From a bacterium (GTDB lineage Bacteria; Zhuqueibacterota; Zhuqueibacteria; Residuimicrobiales; Krinioviventaceae): a stretch of DNA of 64,000 bases. Below, one piece after another: positions 51,058 through 61,330 of the stretch. Under the pieces are notes generated by a model. It was not told the origin of the DNA, did no database searches, and saw only the letters and a program-made list of their open reading frames with translations. Numbering within the stretch: the first letter of the stretch is position 1; the number at the start of each line of letters is the position of its first letter. The stretch is taken from contig CAXXMD010000002.1 of NCBI GenBank assembly GCA_963675755.2, positions 1,952,001-2,016,000 of the forward strand, given 5' to 3'. The position numbers and the translations under genes were made by a program.

Positions 51058-54000
51058 ATGGAACCATTAAACCTGAAAGCATCACACAAGGTTGTTAAAG
51101 ATTATTATGCCGAAATAGAAAACCTCACTTCCATGCATTTGTTTTCAGAGGGCAATGTCTCTCCTGCTTTTGCAAACTTGTTAAGACACTGTGCCAGACA
51201 ATACAACTGGACACTGGCAGAACAATATCCACTGACTGTTAAAAACAAAAATATTCGTCCTGATGGCGCATTGATTGACCAGTTTGAACTGGTTCATGGA
51301 TTATGGGAAGCCAAAGACAGCCAGGACGATCTTGCGCTTGAAGTCAAAAAAAAATTCGACAAAGGTTACCCCAAAGAGAACATTCTTTTTCAGGAACCTG
51401 AACGTGCCATTATATGGCAAAACGGTGTTCAGGTTTTTGACGAGCCCCTGAAAAACCCCGACAATCTCATTGCCTGTATAGATATCTTTGTTCGTTTCCG
51501 TCCGCCTGAAATTGAGGAATGGGAACAAGCAGTTGAAGAATTTAAACTCAAAGTACCCGAACTGGGTGCATCTCTGCTAAACATTATTGAACAAGAGCGT
51601 AAACAGAACAAGGCTTTTGTAAGGGCCTTGCAAGACTTTATGGAACTGTGCCGGGCCGCCATTAATCCCAATCTCTCTGAAAAAGCTGTTGAAGAAATGC
51701 TTATTCAACACCTTCTTACGGAACGGATTTTCCGTAATGTCTTTAACAACCCGGATTTTGCCAACCGCAACATAATTGCACATGAAATTGAAAAAGTGAT
51801 TCAGGCACTAACCTCACGCTCGTTCAGCAAGCACGAGTTTTTAAAAAAACTGGACCGCTTTTATACAGCAATTGAACTGACTGCAAGCACCATTGATGAT
51901 TATACCCGAAAACAGGCCTTTTTAAACACGGTTTACGAAAACTTTTTTCAGGGATTTTCTGTCAAAGTGGCTGACACTCACGGCATAGTTTATACCCCGC
52001 AGCCTGTTGTGCATTTTATGGTCAATTCTGTTGAAGCCGTCTTGAACAAAGAATTTAACCGCTCACTATCAGATAAAAATGTGCACATTCTAGACCCCTT
52101 TGTGGGAACGGGTAACTTTATAATTAATGTAATGCGCAAGATGAAAAAGACCAGCCTGGCACACAAATTCAGACACGAGCTGCACTGTAACGAAGTCATG
52201 CTGCTACCCTATTACATAGCCAGCATGAACATTGAGCACGAATATTATGAACTGACCGGTGAATATGTGCCCTTTGACGGCATCTGCCTGGTAGACACCT
52301 TTGAACTGGCAGAAGATAAACAGTTTAGCCTGTTTACTGCCGAAAACACCGAGCGCGTGCAGAAACAGATGGAAACCCCCATTTTTGTTGTCATTGGCAA
52401 CCCGCCCTATAACGCGGGCCAGGTAAACGAAAACGACAATAACAAAAACCGAAAATACCCGGTAATAGACCAACGCGTAAGAGACACCTATACCCGGGAT
52501 TCAAATGCCACCAACAAAAACGCCCTGTCTGACGTTTATGTCAAAGCCATACGCTGGGCCTCTGACCGTGTGCTGAAAAACGGTGAAGGCATTGTAGCTT
52601 TAATCACAAATAACAGCTATATAGATGATTTTGCATTTGACGGAATGAGAAAACATTTACATGAAGATTTTGACGATCTATATATTATTGATCTAAAAGG
52701 CAATGTCAGAAAAGACTCTATGCGTGACGGTATTCCATTAGGTGAAAAGCATACTATTTTTGGTTTATCTGCAATGGTGGGAATTTCAATAGCAGTACTT
52801 GTTAAACACAAGAAACCGAAAAAAAAGCAGATCGATTATTTTTCTGTGGATTTTAGGGCCACAAGAGATGAAAAATTGGATATACTTGAAAAAGCAGAAA
52901 ATATATTTAATCTTCAATACAAAAATATTTTACCCGATGCAAAACACAACTGGCTGACCGAAGGTATGCGGCAAGAGTTTGACGGGTTTGTGCCGTTGGG
53001 AACTAAAGATGCAAAACATAATTTAGAAAAGTCAATATTCCATACATATAGTAGAGGTGTAGCCACTTGCCGTGATGCATGGGCATACAACTTTTGCCAG
53101 ACAGAATTGATTGAAAACATAACAAACATGATTGATTATTATAATGAACATGTTTATAAATGGTCAAAAATGTTAACAAAACCTGAAATAAATAGTTTTG
53201 TTGATAACGATGATAAAAAAATTAGTTGGAGTCGTGATCTAAAACAGGATATGGTCAGAGAAAGAACAGCCCAATACCATGATAATAAATTAAAGCCGGC
53301 ACTTTATCGACCGTTTAGTAAACAATATCTGTTTTTCGATCGAATAATTAATGAAGAAATTTACCAATTTCATCATTATTACCCATTAAATCAAGAGAAC
53401 AAGATCATTGGATTATCTGCCCCCGGCAACACAAAACCCTTTCACTGCATTATGACCGATATCATAGCGGATCTACACCTGACAGGTGATTCACAATGCT
53501 TCCCCTTTTACACCTATGATGAAGATGGCAGTAACCAACGTGAAAACATTTCAGACTGGGCATTGGATGAATTCCGCAGCCAATACAATGATAAAACGAT
53601 AACCAAATGGGACATTTTCTATTACGTTTACGGCCTGCTGCACCATCCACAATACCGGGAAACATACCAGGCCAACCTGCGCCGTGAATTGCCGCGCCTG
53701 CCCTGGGCACCCGACTTTTGGGCGTTCAGCCATACCGGCAAGCAGCTCGGCGATCTGCATGTTCACTATGAACAACAGGATGAATATCCGCTCGATATGG
53801 TGGAAACACCGGAAATGCCCCTTGATTGGCGCGTTGAAAAGATGAGGCTTACGCCGGACAAGTCCCAGCTCATCTATAACGATTTTCTCACCCTTGCCGG
53901 TATTCCGCAAGAGGTGTTTGAATACCGGTTGGGCAACCGCTCTGCCCTGGACTGGATCATTGACCAGTACCGGGTCAAAACCGACAAACGCAGCGGCATT

Positions 54001-54117
54001 GTTAACGATCCAAACCGTCCTGACGATCCTGAATATATAGTTCGGCTTGTCAAACAGATCATTACTGTTAGCCTGAAAACCGTAGAGATTGTCAAGGGGC
54101 TGCCAAAAATAAAATAA
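51058..54117 (+). CDS. Single-chain restriction-modification enzyme (Type IIG-like; m6A MTase with Type ISP-like specificity region, no helicase)
   Basis: PDG..EAK nuclease motif; GIVYTP; ILDPFVGTGNF; IGNPPY; LYRPF; YRLGNRSALDWIIDQY. Confidence 0.88.
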   Translation: MEPLNLKASHKVVKDYYAEIENLTSMHLFSEGNVSPAFANLLRHCARQYNWTLAEQYPLTVKNKNIRPDGALIDQFELVHGLWEAKDSQDDLALEVKKKFDKGYPKENILFQEPERAIIWQNGVQVFDEPLKNPDNLIACIDIFVRFRPPEIEEWEQAVEEFKLKVPELGASLLNIIEQERKQNKAFVRALQDFMELCRAAINPNLSEKAVEEMLIQHLLTERIFRNVFNNPDFANRNIIAHEIEKVIQALTSRSFSKHEFLKKLDRFYTAIELTASTIDDYTRKQAFLNTVYENFFQGFSVKVADTHGIVYTPQPVVHFMVNSVEAVLNKEFNRSLSDKNVHILDPFVGTGNFIINVMRKMKKTSLAHKFRHELHCNEVMLLPYYIASMNIEHEYYELTGEYVPFDGICLVDTFELAEDKQFSLFTAENTERVQKQMETPIFVVIGNPPYNAGQVNENDNNKNRKYPVIDQRVRDTYTRDSNATNKNALSDVYVKAIRWASDRVLKNGEGIVALITNNSYIDDFAFDGMRKHLHEDFDDLYIIDLKGNVRKDSMRDGIPLGEKHTIFGLSAMVGISIAVLVKHKKPKKKQIDYFSVDFRATRDEKLDILEKAENIFNLQYKNILPDAKHNWLTEGMRQEFDGFVPLGTKDAKHNLEKSIFHTYSRGVATCRDAWAYNFCQTELIENITNMIDYYNEHVYKWSKMLTKPEINSFVDNDDKKISWSRDLKQDMVRERTAQYHDNKLKPALYRPFSKQYLFFDRIINEEIYQFHHYYPLNQENKIIGLSAPGNTKPFHCIMTDIIADLHLTGDSQCFPFYTYDEDGSNQRENISDWALDEFRSQYNDKTITKWDIFYYVYGLLHHPQYRETYQANLRRELPRLPWAPDFWAFSHTGKQLGDLHVHYEQQDEYPLDMVETPEMPLDWRVEKMRLTPDKSQLIYNDFLTLAGIPQEVFEYRLGNRSALDWIIDQYRVKTDKRSGIVNDPNRPDDPEYIVRLVKQIITVSLKTVEIVKGLPKIK

Positions 54118-54166
54118 CAAAAAATGTTTAACCCAAATCCCTAAACTATTAATAAGAATCTAGTAT

Positions 54167-54844
54167 ATGAACAAATGCTTGCTTAACAGTAAATGGATAT
54201 ACTTTTTATTGCTTTTCCCTGCTGTCTCTGCCATACTGGCTTTGAACCATTTTGGTTTTGTTTTCAAATCGGGCACGGCAGGTTCCGGTATCATCATCCT
54301 GTTGCTTTTATCAATAAAACAGTCGCATTCTCAAGATATGTTTATGCTGATGGCTGCGTTTGCGTTTTCCATTGTTGGCGACTGGTTTTTGTCCAACATG
54401 CATGGAAATGCCAACATGTTTGTTACAGGAATCGCGTTCTATTTCTTTGCGCATCTGGGATATTTGTTTTACGCGTTGATGAATGGAAACATAACCAGGA
54501 AATTCACTATCTTTTTACTTTTGGCATATTTGATCTTTTTTTATATCGAGCTTTATCCCGCGTTCAACAATATCATACTCATGTGGGCAGCGCTGATTTA
54601 TCTGATCGTCTCCTGTATCTCTCTGGGGGCGGCAATGGGTTTGCGGGGCACGTCTGTTACAAAATGGACTTTTGTATTCGGTATCTTTTTAATCCTTTTT
54701 TCCGATACTATTATAGCCTATAAAGAATTTGTAGGTTTTAACAAGCTCAATTTCCTCATTTTACCCACCTACTATCTGGCACATATGAGTATTATTTTTT
54801 CTGTTATGAAAAGACATTTGGATAAAACTAAACCGGGCTTGTAA
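54167..54844 (+). CDS. YhhN / lysoplasmalogenase-family membrane protein
   Basis: FSIVGDWFL, FFAHLGY, LFSDTII, YYLAH. Confidence 0.8.
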   Translation: MNKCLLNSKWIYFLLLFPAVSAILALNHFGFVFKSGTAGSGIIILLLLSIKQSHSQDMFMLMAAFAFSIVGDWFLSNMHGNANMFVTGIAFYFFAHLGYLFYALMNGNITRKFTIFLLLAYLIFFYIELYPAFNNIILMWAALIYLIVSCISLGAAMGLRGTSVTKWTFVFGIFLILFSDTIIAYKEFVGFNKLNFLILPTYYLAHMSIIFSVMKRHLDKTKPGL

Positions 54845-54888
54845 CCACATCAAAACAATTCTGTTAAAACGCGAAAGTAAATCTTGAT

Positions 54889-55422
54889 CTAATTATCATT
54901 CCTGGCAGAGGCAATTCGTTCATTCAATATTTTGACAAATTCCTGCTCATTAGCAGGTGAAATTCCATACTTTTTGCTGCTTGTCTCTATCAGGATAACA
55001 TCCTTGAGCATGCTGGTAGAGTACATCTTAACATTTCCTTTATCCGTGTAATACACAGTAAACAAGGTATATCCCGGCAGCTTGAATCCTGTTGATGTAA
55101 TGGAATATGCCAAATCCGTTTTAACATAATTTATCATTTCAGCAAAATCAATTTCATCTTTGAATGGACCGCATTGTAATATCAAAGCATTGCTGGTTAT
55201 TGTATAACGCATTGTGGGGTAAATAATTAAGAAAAAGAATGATATAATAAATACAGCACCCATCAAAAACACAGTAAAAATATTTAATACGATAATTTCT
55301 GCAGAATTCCAATCTACAACAGAAATATAAAAAACAATGTGTGATATGAAAAACACAGGGACCAGGATTATTAAAAACCACCCCATAATGGATATTCGAG
55401 GTTTGAAAACATTATTATTCAT
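54889..55422 (-). CDS. Membrane protein with bacterial PH domain
   Basis: Two TMs, then RYTIT..LILQCG..KYGISP. Confidence 0.65.
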   Translation of the reverse strand: MNNNVFKPRISIMGWFLIILVPVFFISHIVFYISVVDWNSAEIIVLNIFTVFLMGAVFIISFFFLIIYPTMRYTITSNALILQCGPFKDEIDFAEMINYVKTDLAYSITSTGFKLPGYTLFTVYYTDKGNVKMYSTSMLKDVILIETSSKKYGISPANEQEFVKILNERIASARNDN

Positions 55423-55443
55423 ATTTTTAATTGACCAATTTTT

Positions 55444-56016
55444 TCAATTCAACCGATCAGAGATATCAAACTTTTTACTGATCTCTTGTAATTCCTGCTC
55501 GGTAATGGCATTCTCATTTAAAAGCCAGTTTAATCGCTTCAACTCTGCAGCATTATCTTTTTGGGGATCGATATAAAAATACTGATCACGAAGATATTGC
55601 CGCTTATGTTCATAGATTTGTTCTATAAATGCATTTACTGCATTTTCATTCGGTTTGTTCTTGAACATAAACAATCCTGTACCGTTATTTAGCATTATAA
55701 TCTTGTAACGTTTTTTAGTGATTTGATAAAATGCACCAATAATAACGGTCATAATGATCCAAAATCCCAATGGCCTTAGATTCGCTCCGGTAATCATTTC
55801 GTACGCTATGCCAATCACAGAAAACACAGCAAAAGATAGTGTGATATAAAACAGACGCGCACTTTTATCATACTGGTTACGAATATTTTGGGTAATATCC
55901 TCGTAGCTGACAAAATACTCGGAATCACCACTGGCATCCTTGGAGTGACATTGAATACCATTTTTTTTCAATACAAAAGATCTTTTTTCGAATAACGTTT
56001 TTTGTTTGAATTCCAT
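55444..56016 (-). CDS. Hypothetical membrane protein (2 TM, SHOCT-like tail)
   Basis: 190-aa ORF with RBS; LNWLLNENAITEQEL tail. Confidence 0.6.
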   Translation of the reverse strand: MEFKQKTLFEKRSFVLKKNGIQCHSKDASGDSEYFVSYEDITQNIRNQYDKSARLFYITLSFAVFSVIGIAYEMITGANLRPLGFWIIMTVIIGAFYQITKKRYKIIMLNNGTGLFMFKNKPNENAVNAFIEQIYEHKRQYLRDQYFYIDPQKDNAAELKRLNWLLNENAITEQELQEISKKFDISDRLN

Positions 56017-56382
56017 ATCTTGCCCCTCAAATTATAAATCACATCAAATGTATTTAACCGTTATTACATCTGTTTTTCGAAAAATTCAGTACGAAATAAA
56101 ACTTTGATTTAAAAACTTGAAATAAAACCCCAGCTATTATAAGCAATAATCAATTAATGAAATAAAAAATAAAGATGCAACAGGAATATGCAGAGCAGCC
56201 AGAGGAATTTCTATCGAAACACCAAAGCCCTTTGATATGCCTCAAGAGGTCGCATTCCATTTCAGGCAATACCAAAGGGCTCGTCCCATGTGGTATATTA
56301 TAACATATATGCCCGGCTTTTCGATACATCCCGATCCACCCGCTGGCGGACGGGATTCACTGGGCCCGGTCTTTTACACTAT

Positions 56383-56892
56383 TTAAGCCGGAGTAAAATA
56401 ACTCCGTATATCATCATCAGATTTTTCCAGTCCCCAAAAAATATATCCCTTTTCCACAATCTTGTCCACCAACGGAGCAGGATAAAACGGAGTAGTCAAT
56501 TCCAAAATCTGGCCCGGTAGCAGATCTTTAACTTCAGTAGTCACCAAACCCAGCGGATGTTCGCCTTTATCCAGCATGGGACGCGCATCAATACGTTTCA
56601 CAATGGTTCCGGTTTTGAACCAGACCGGGGGTTCATCCTGATTTTTGTTTATATTTTTAACATCAACAGGCTCCTGTCCCGCTTTGATTCGCAAAGCATT
56701 CAACAAAGTATACAATTCGATCTTGCCAACCAAAGCAGCCTGGTTCACAGATGTAACTCTGGCAACGGTTCGTTTCAACATGGGATTCTTTAATTTTTTA
56801 AATGCCGGAGCCAATTCTATCAATGTATCTTCAAGTTGGGGGAATTCATCCAGCATTTCCCCGATTTTGGTGTTGGGTCTTATATCTAACAT
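56383..56892 (-). CDS. DUF1858/DUF2249-domain protein
   Basis: IRPNTKIGEMLDEFP..FKKLKNP; IDARPML..GEHP..PFYPAPL. ATG at 56892 after AGGAG. Confidence 0.75.
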   Translation of the reverse strand: MLDIRPNTKIGEMLDEFPQLEDTLIELAPAFKKLKNPMLKRTVARVTSVNQAALVGKIELYTLLNALRIKAGQEPVDVKNINKNQDEPPVWFKTGTIVKRIDARPMLDKGEHPLGLVTTEVKDLLPGQILELTTPFYPAPLVDKIVEKGYIFWGLEKSDDDIRSYFTPA

Positions 56893-56896
56893 AATA

Positions 56897-58129
56897 CTAC
56901 TCCTTGTCAGTTTCATAAGATAACAAACGTTGTTCTCCTTCCAGGGCACGATAACCCGAAAGGTCTTGTGAGACTTCTAACGTGCCTAAATAGTCGCCCT
57001 TTTCATTACGCACTGCAAAATATTCAATATGGATAAATTTTCCGCCCATATTGATCCAAAAGGGTGCATGACTCTGTCTGCCGCTTTTAAAATCATCCAG
57101 AATCTGATCTACAATATGCACACTGCCTGGAGGATGACACATTTGCACTTTACGATTCAGAATGGTCCTGTTTCGGTCAAATATGCGATGACTGCCTTGT
57201 GAAAAGTATTTCACATTATCATCCTTGTCTACAAATGTCATATCCACTGGCAGTGTATTGAGCATGCTCACCAGTTCTTCATTGGTAAAACTACCGCTTG
57301 GGAATTGAATGCGATCAGACACAACCTGCTGCTCTGCAGGTTGTATTTCAATATTCTCCGGCTGCCATTTTTCCTGCGGATCATACAAACAAAATCCGAT
57401 CTCTATACTGGCATTGTAAATTTCCAACCAGTCCGCATCAGTCAAACGTTCGGCACACATGGGCAGCAGAATTTTCTCTTCCTTATAAACCATCTCTTCC
57501 AAGGCCGTTGTAGCGGGTATAATGAGAAATTCGACAACCGATTCCAGATCCTCTTTACTTAGTTCTCCTTCAACAGATAATCCTTCATGCACTGCTTTGA
57601 GCTGCTCGCGTATCTCGTCATGTTTTCCCCACATAACTGTGGGAGGACCGGTAATACCCAGTTTTTCCAAAAACGGGAACAATAGATTTTCTTTCCGACG
57701 ATAATGCTTGTCCACATCCATAAGATTATTAAAATGTTGTTTGTATTGCAAGAGCAGTTCAGTTGGTTTTGTGCTGGCGATCTTTTTATGAATCGCTTCA
57801 AGTTCAGCAATTTCCAGTTGTATAGCGCGGTTCTCCTGCACAAAGGTATGAATGGGGTGACCAGGGGGAACATCCAGCGAGTTATCTTCTGAAACAACAC
57901 CCTTTAATGCCTGGGAATGCACATCACACAGTTTAATAACCTCTTCCTGCGGCAAACCCTCGGCAATTAATTCCTGTTCAACTTCTACCACTTCACCATA
58001 GGGCACCTGTCCCAGCATGTCCAGCAACTGGTTCCTTACAACATCTACTTCTTTACCTTCATGCAATTGCAAGATCATATGCTTTAACAATTGCTTACGC
58101 TTGTCCATATTATTTATCAATTCACTCAT
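56897..58129 (-). CDS. DUF438 hemerythrin-like/PAS protein
   Basis: LCDVHS, GHPIHTF, HYRRKENLLFP, VMWGKHD; PAS region LPVDMTFVD..CHPPGS. Confidence 0.85.
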   Translation of the reverse strand: MSELINNMDKRKQLLKHMILQLHEGKEVDVVRNQLLDMLGQVPYGEVVEVEQELIAEGLPQEEVIKLCDVHSQALKGVVSEDNSLDVPPGHPIHTFVQENRAIQLEIAELEAIHKKIASTKPTELLLQYKQHFNNLMDVDKHYRRKENLLFPFLEKLGITGPPTVMWGKHDEIREQLKAVHEGLSVEGELSKEDLESVVEFLIIPATTALEEMVYKEEKILLPMCAERLTDADWLEIYNASIEIGFCLYDPQEKWQPENIEIQPAEQQVVSDRIQFPSGSFTNEELVSMLNTLPVDMTFVDKDDNVKYFSQGSHRIFDRNRTILNRKVQMCHPPGSVHIVDQILDDFKSGRQSHAPFWINMGGKFIHIEYFAVRNEKGDYLGTLEVSQDLSGYRALEGEQRLLSYETDKE

Positions 58130-58198
58130 GATCTATTCCTTTCAGATATAATTATCCTTTTTACATGATAAATATAATACAGAATCGGTCTAAAATCA

Positions 58199-58212
58199 TT
58201 GATTCACATCAA
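58199..58212. promoter_or_regulatory. FNR/Crp-family binding site
   Basis: Perfect TTGAT-TCAC-ATCAA. Minus-strand TATATT at 58176-58171 fits class II (-41.5) geometry. Confidence 0.7.
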
Positions 58213-58297
58213 GCGAATTGCAGATAAATGATAAAATTAGTTAAGAAAGGCAAAAAACCTCCGCCAGGCAGCGGAGGTCATAAGATAAAAAATTTAA

Positions 58298-59242
58298 TTA
58301 TTCAAACACCGGTACCACATTGCGAATACCAATCTCACCACCCTTGGCCGGTAATGTGATCAGCTTGCCGCCCGTTGGCCAGGCCCATTTGGTAGATTCA
58401 CCCGTAATGTATCCATACGCCAGGATGATTCCGCCGGTATATTCTCCCCAATAACTATTATAATGATCATGGCCGCAAAAGGTAGCGCGAATGTTCCCTA
58501 CCTCTACAAATGCATCATACACACTGCCATCGTCTTCTTCATAATAGACTTTTTCCTTACTTTCACCCTGTTTGGGGATGCTGGTATCGTTCCACAAGTC
58601 CTGATACTGTTTTAACGGAATGTGAAAAAACGCGATTGCAGGATCATCATACTTTTTCGACATGTCCCGGTACCAGTCCAACTGGTCCGCTTTAATGGAT
58701 TTAAATCCCTTTTGCGAACCGGAATCAAAATTCCAGAGCTGCCAGGCGGTTTTATCACCGGATTTCACCTCGATTACATAATCATATTTCTTGCTGTCGC
58801 CATTGCCATGGTAACCCAACATACCCCATTGAGAGCATTCAAACACCTGTGCAATTGAGTCTCTGCCGAATCCGCCTTCGGGGTCATGGTTACCGTAAAT
58901 GAACAACCAGGGACGTTCAAAAGCGTCGAAAACATTTACAACTGATGATACCATCAAATGGCCCTCGTTTTCCCAGCCGGTCATAATATCACCGGTCAAT
59001 GCAATTATGTGGGGATCATACATTTCCACCAGTTTGCGGACACGTTGAAAGGTAACAAGATCTTTTTTCCATCTTTCCGTATGCCCCAGGTGCATATCGG
59101 TAAACTGTAAAATCCGTATGGAATCCGCGCAATCACAGACGGTTACCTCAAAGCGATCGGTATCAGTTTGAACGGGTTTGATCTGCGCAAATCCCAGCAT
59201 GCTGGTAAACAATATGAGTAATACAGTAAAATTTCTTTTCAT
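58298..59242 (-). CDS. Exported calcineurin-like metallophosphoesterase
   Basis: Signal peptide; DMH, TGD, GNHD, FFHIP, GHDH motifs. Confidence 0.88.
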   Translation of the reverse strand: MKRNFTVLLILFTSMLGFAQIKPVQTDTDRFEVTVCDCADSIRILQFTDMHLGHTERWKKDLVTFQRVRKLVEMYDPHIIALTGDIMTGWENEGHLMVSSVVNVFDAFERPWLFIYGNHDPEGGFGRDSIAQVFECSQWGMLGYHGNGDSKKYDYVIEVKSGDKTAWQLWNFDSGSQKGFKSIKADQLDWYRDMSKKYDDPAIAFFHIPLKQYQDLWNDTSIPKQGESKEKVYYEEDDGSVYDAFVEVGNIRATFCGHDHYNSYWGEYTGGIILAYGYITGESTKWAWPTGGKLITLPAKGGEIGIRNVVPVFE

Positions 59243-59452
59243 TCATTTCTCCAAATCAGATAACGGTTAATCATTTACAGAAGCTAATTTAACATATATC
59301 ATGATTCATTACAACGAATAATTTCCCGCTTTTGCGCCGGTACCAACGGAAACCAGCGCAGTTTTTTCTTGATTGCTTGGATTCATTTTCATACATTTTC
59401 ACGTGGGGATTTTCCCAAAATCCAAAACAATTTCGAACACACGAGGAACACG

Positions 59453-61210
59453 ATGACTCTGCGCACTCTATTTCCAACAATCGTCCTGTTACTGCTATTG
59501 GGGACAACTGTTACGTTTTCAGCGGATAAAGTATTAGAACAGTATAAGCAATTAATTAATAAACTTGAAAAGTACAAAACACAAAAGCTCGACCAGGCCG
59601 AAATTAAAAAAATCCGTTCTGAATTAATAAACATTCAATCACAATATAATAATTCTATAAACTCACAAAATTCAAAAACAGTTTATACAGACAGTACGGC
59701 ATATGAATCGGATGATATTATCATTTCTGATCTACTGATAGAAGATTCAGGCTTTGGTTTATATCAAGTAAAAGGATTTGTTAAGAATAAATCACATCAA
59801 TGTTTTGATCATCTCATAATAAACTTGCATATTTTCCAAAATGACTCCCTTGTACATACAACACCTTTATTTATACAAAAATATTCATATTCATATTTCG
59901 GTTTTTTACCATTCTCAACATCAAAGATCTGGATGTTAATGGAAAAAGTAGAATTTACAAGTTTACAATTGGATATCGATTACTCTAAAGTTGTACCCGC
60001 TGCAGGTGATAAATTTTTATGTGATCAGCTTCTTGTATTAAAAGATAATAATTTTGAAGAACTGGAAATGTTCTATTCGCGTTGGTTAAACTGGTCCGGC
60101 TGCATTGTAAATGCTTATAATTATTTTATTTCTTATCCGGAAATTGAAGCAATTATGTACAAAAACAATCAAATTGTAGATACGTTTCCTGTATATCTTG
60201 ATATGCCTTGTCAATTATCAGAAAAAGTTGCTATCAGTATAGTCACTCAAAAACCGGACGAATGGGAGGTAATTTATTTAACCAACTGTGCAAATCAACC
60301 CATTGATATTTCAGGTTGGACTTTGGGAAATAGCATCACACCCAAAGCATACAGAATCCCTCAAAATACTACAATAAATCCATCCGTGGGTCTTTATTTT
60401 GATGATTTGAATTTTAGCATTCTGGATGAAAATGAAACCATCTATTTACACGACAACGAAGGAAACCTGGTTTGCACTTGGATTGATACAATTGATTATT
60501 ACGCATTGGCACCTGGGAATAATATATGTTTTATGAATGGTATGTTTACTAAAAATGATTTTGATAATGTACAGTATGAAATCTATTATGATGTTCAGTC
60601 TTTAACCGGCTCGGGTAATATTCCGCCCAATCTGCCGAAAACAGATAAACTCGCATATCACGCACAAGCAGGTACAGAACTACCGGTTGAATTCTTTATG
60701 ATAGATTATAATAACGATGACATGGAGCTTACCATTGATTGGGGAGACGGGACCGACTTCACAACCCAGTCCGGTATTGCATCCCGCTCTTTTCCACAGT
60801 TCACTCATACCTATACGGATACGGGAACTTTCTATATCAGCGCCAAAGCATCGGACGACAGCTCGGAAACACAATGGAGTTTTGGAATACCGGTTTTTGT
60901 ATCCGGAGCAACCACCTCTATCGATCCTGAGAATGCTGCAAATCCTATTACCTTTGCGTTGCAGCAGAATTACCCCAATCCATTTAATCCCTCTACCACC
61001 ATCAGCTATACGGTAGCGGAGAAAAGTAATGTGAGTCTTGAAATCTTTGATATCAACGGCAGGTTGGTCACAACCCTGACCGACGCCGAGCACCAGCCAG
61101 GCTCGTATCAACTGGACTGGAACGCCGCCACCCACAGCAGCGGAGTATACCTCTGCCGTATGACCGCGGGCAGTTATACAAATGTAAGAAAAATGTTATT
61201 GATCAAATAA
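59453..61210 (+). CDS. Secreted protein with Ig-like (FxLYD-like), lamin-tail, PKD-like and T9SS-type CTD domains
   Basis: ATG at 59453 after GAGGA; signal peptide; IDISGWTL; IDWGDG; QNYPNPFNP. Confidence 0.8.
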   Translation: MTLRTLFPTIVLLLLLGTTVTFSADKVLEQYKQLINKLEKYKTQKLDQAEIKKIRSELINIQSQYNNSINSQNSKTVYTDSTAYESDDIIISDLLIEDSGFGLYQVKGFVKNKSHQCFDHLIINLHIFQNDSLVHTTPLFIQKYSYSYFGFLPFSTSKIWMLMEKVEFTSLQLDIDYSKVVPAAGDKFLCDQLLVLKDNNFEELEMFYSRWLNWSGCIVNAYNYFISYPEIEAIMYKNNQIVDTFPVYLDMPCQLSEKVAISIVTQKPDEWEVIYLTNCANQPIDISGWTLGNSITPKAYRIPQNTTINPSVGLYFDDLNFSILDENETIYLHDNEGNLVCTWIDTIDYYALAPGNNICFMNGMFTKNDFDNVQYEIYYDVQSLTGSGNIPPNLPKTDKLAYHAQAGTELPVEFFMIDYNNDDMELTIDWGDGTDFTTQSGIASRSFPQFTHTYTDTGTFYISAKASDDSSETQWSFGIPVFVSGATTSIDPENAANPITFALQQNYPNPFNPSTTISYTVAEKSNVSLEIFDINGRLVTTLTDAEHQPGSYQLDWNAATHSSGVYLCRMTAGSYTNVRKMLLIK

Positions 61211-61220
61211 AAAATCAGTT

Positions 61221-61251
61221 ACTCCCCGAATGTCAATAATTCGGGGAGTTT
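61221..61251 (+). terminator. Intrinsic terminator
   Basis: actccccgaat..attcggggagt-tt. Confidence 0.6.
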
Positions 61252-61276
61252 ACCTCACTTTAAATCCAATTTCATA

Positions 61277-61305
61277 TTGACACTGTGCCGTATTTTCTCT
61301 ATTTT
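61277..61305 (+). promoter_or_regulatory. Putative sigma70 promoter
   Basis: TTGACA-N17-TATTTT, 25 bp before the start codon. Confidence 0.5.
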
Positions 61306-61330
61306 ATAAAAGTAAATCAAGAGGGATAAA

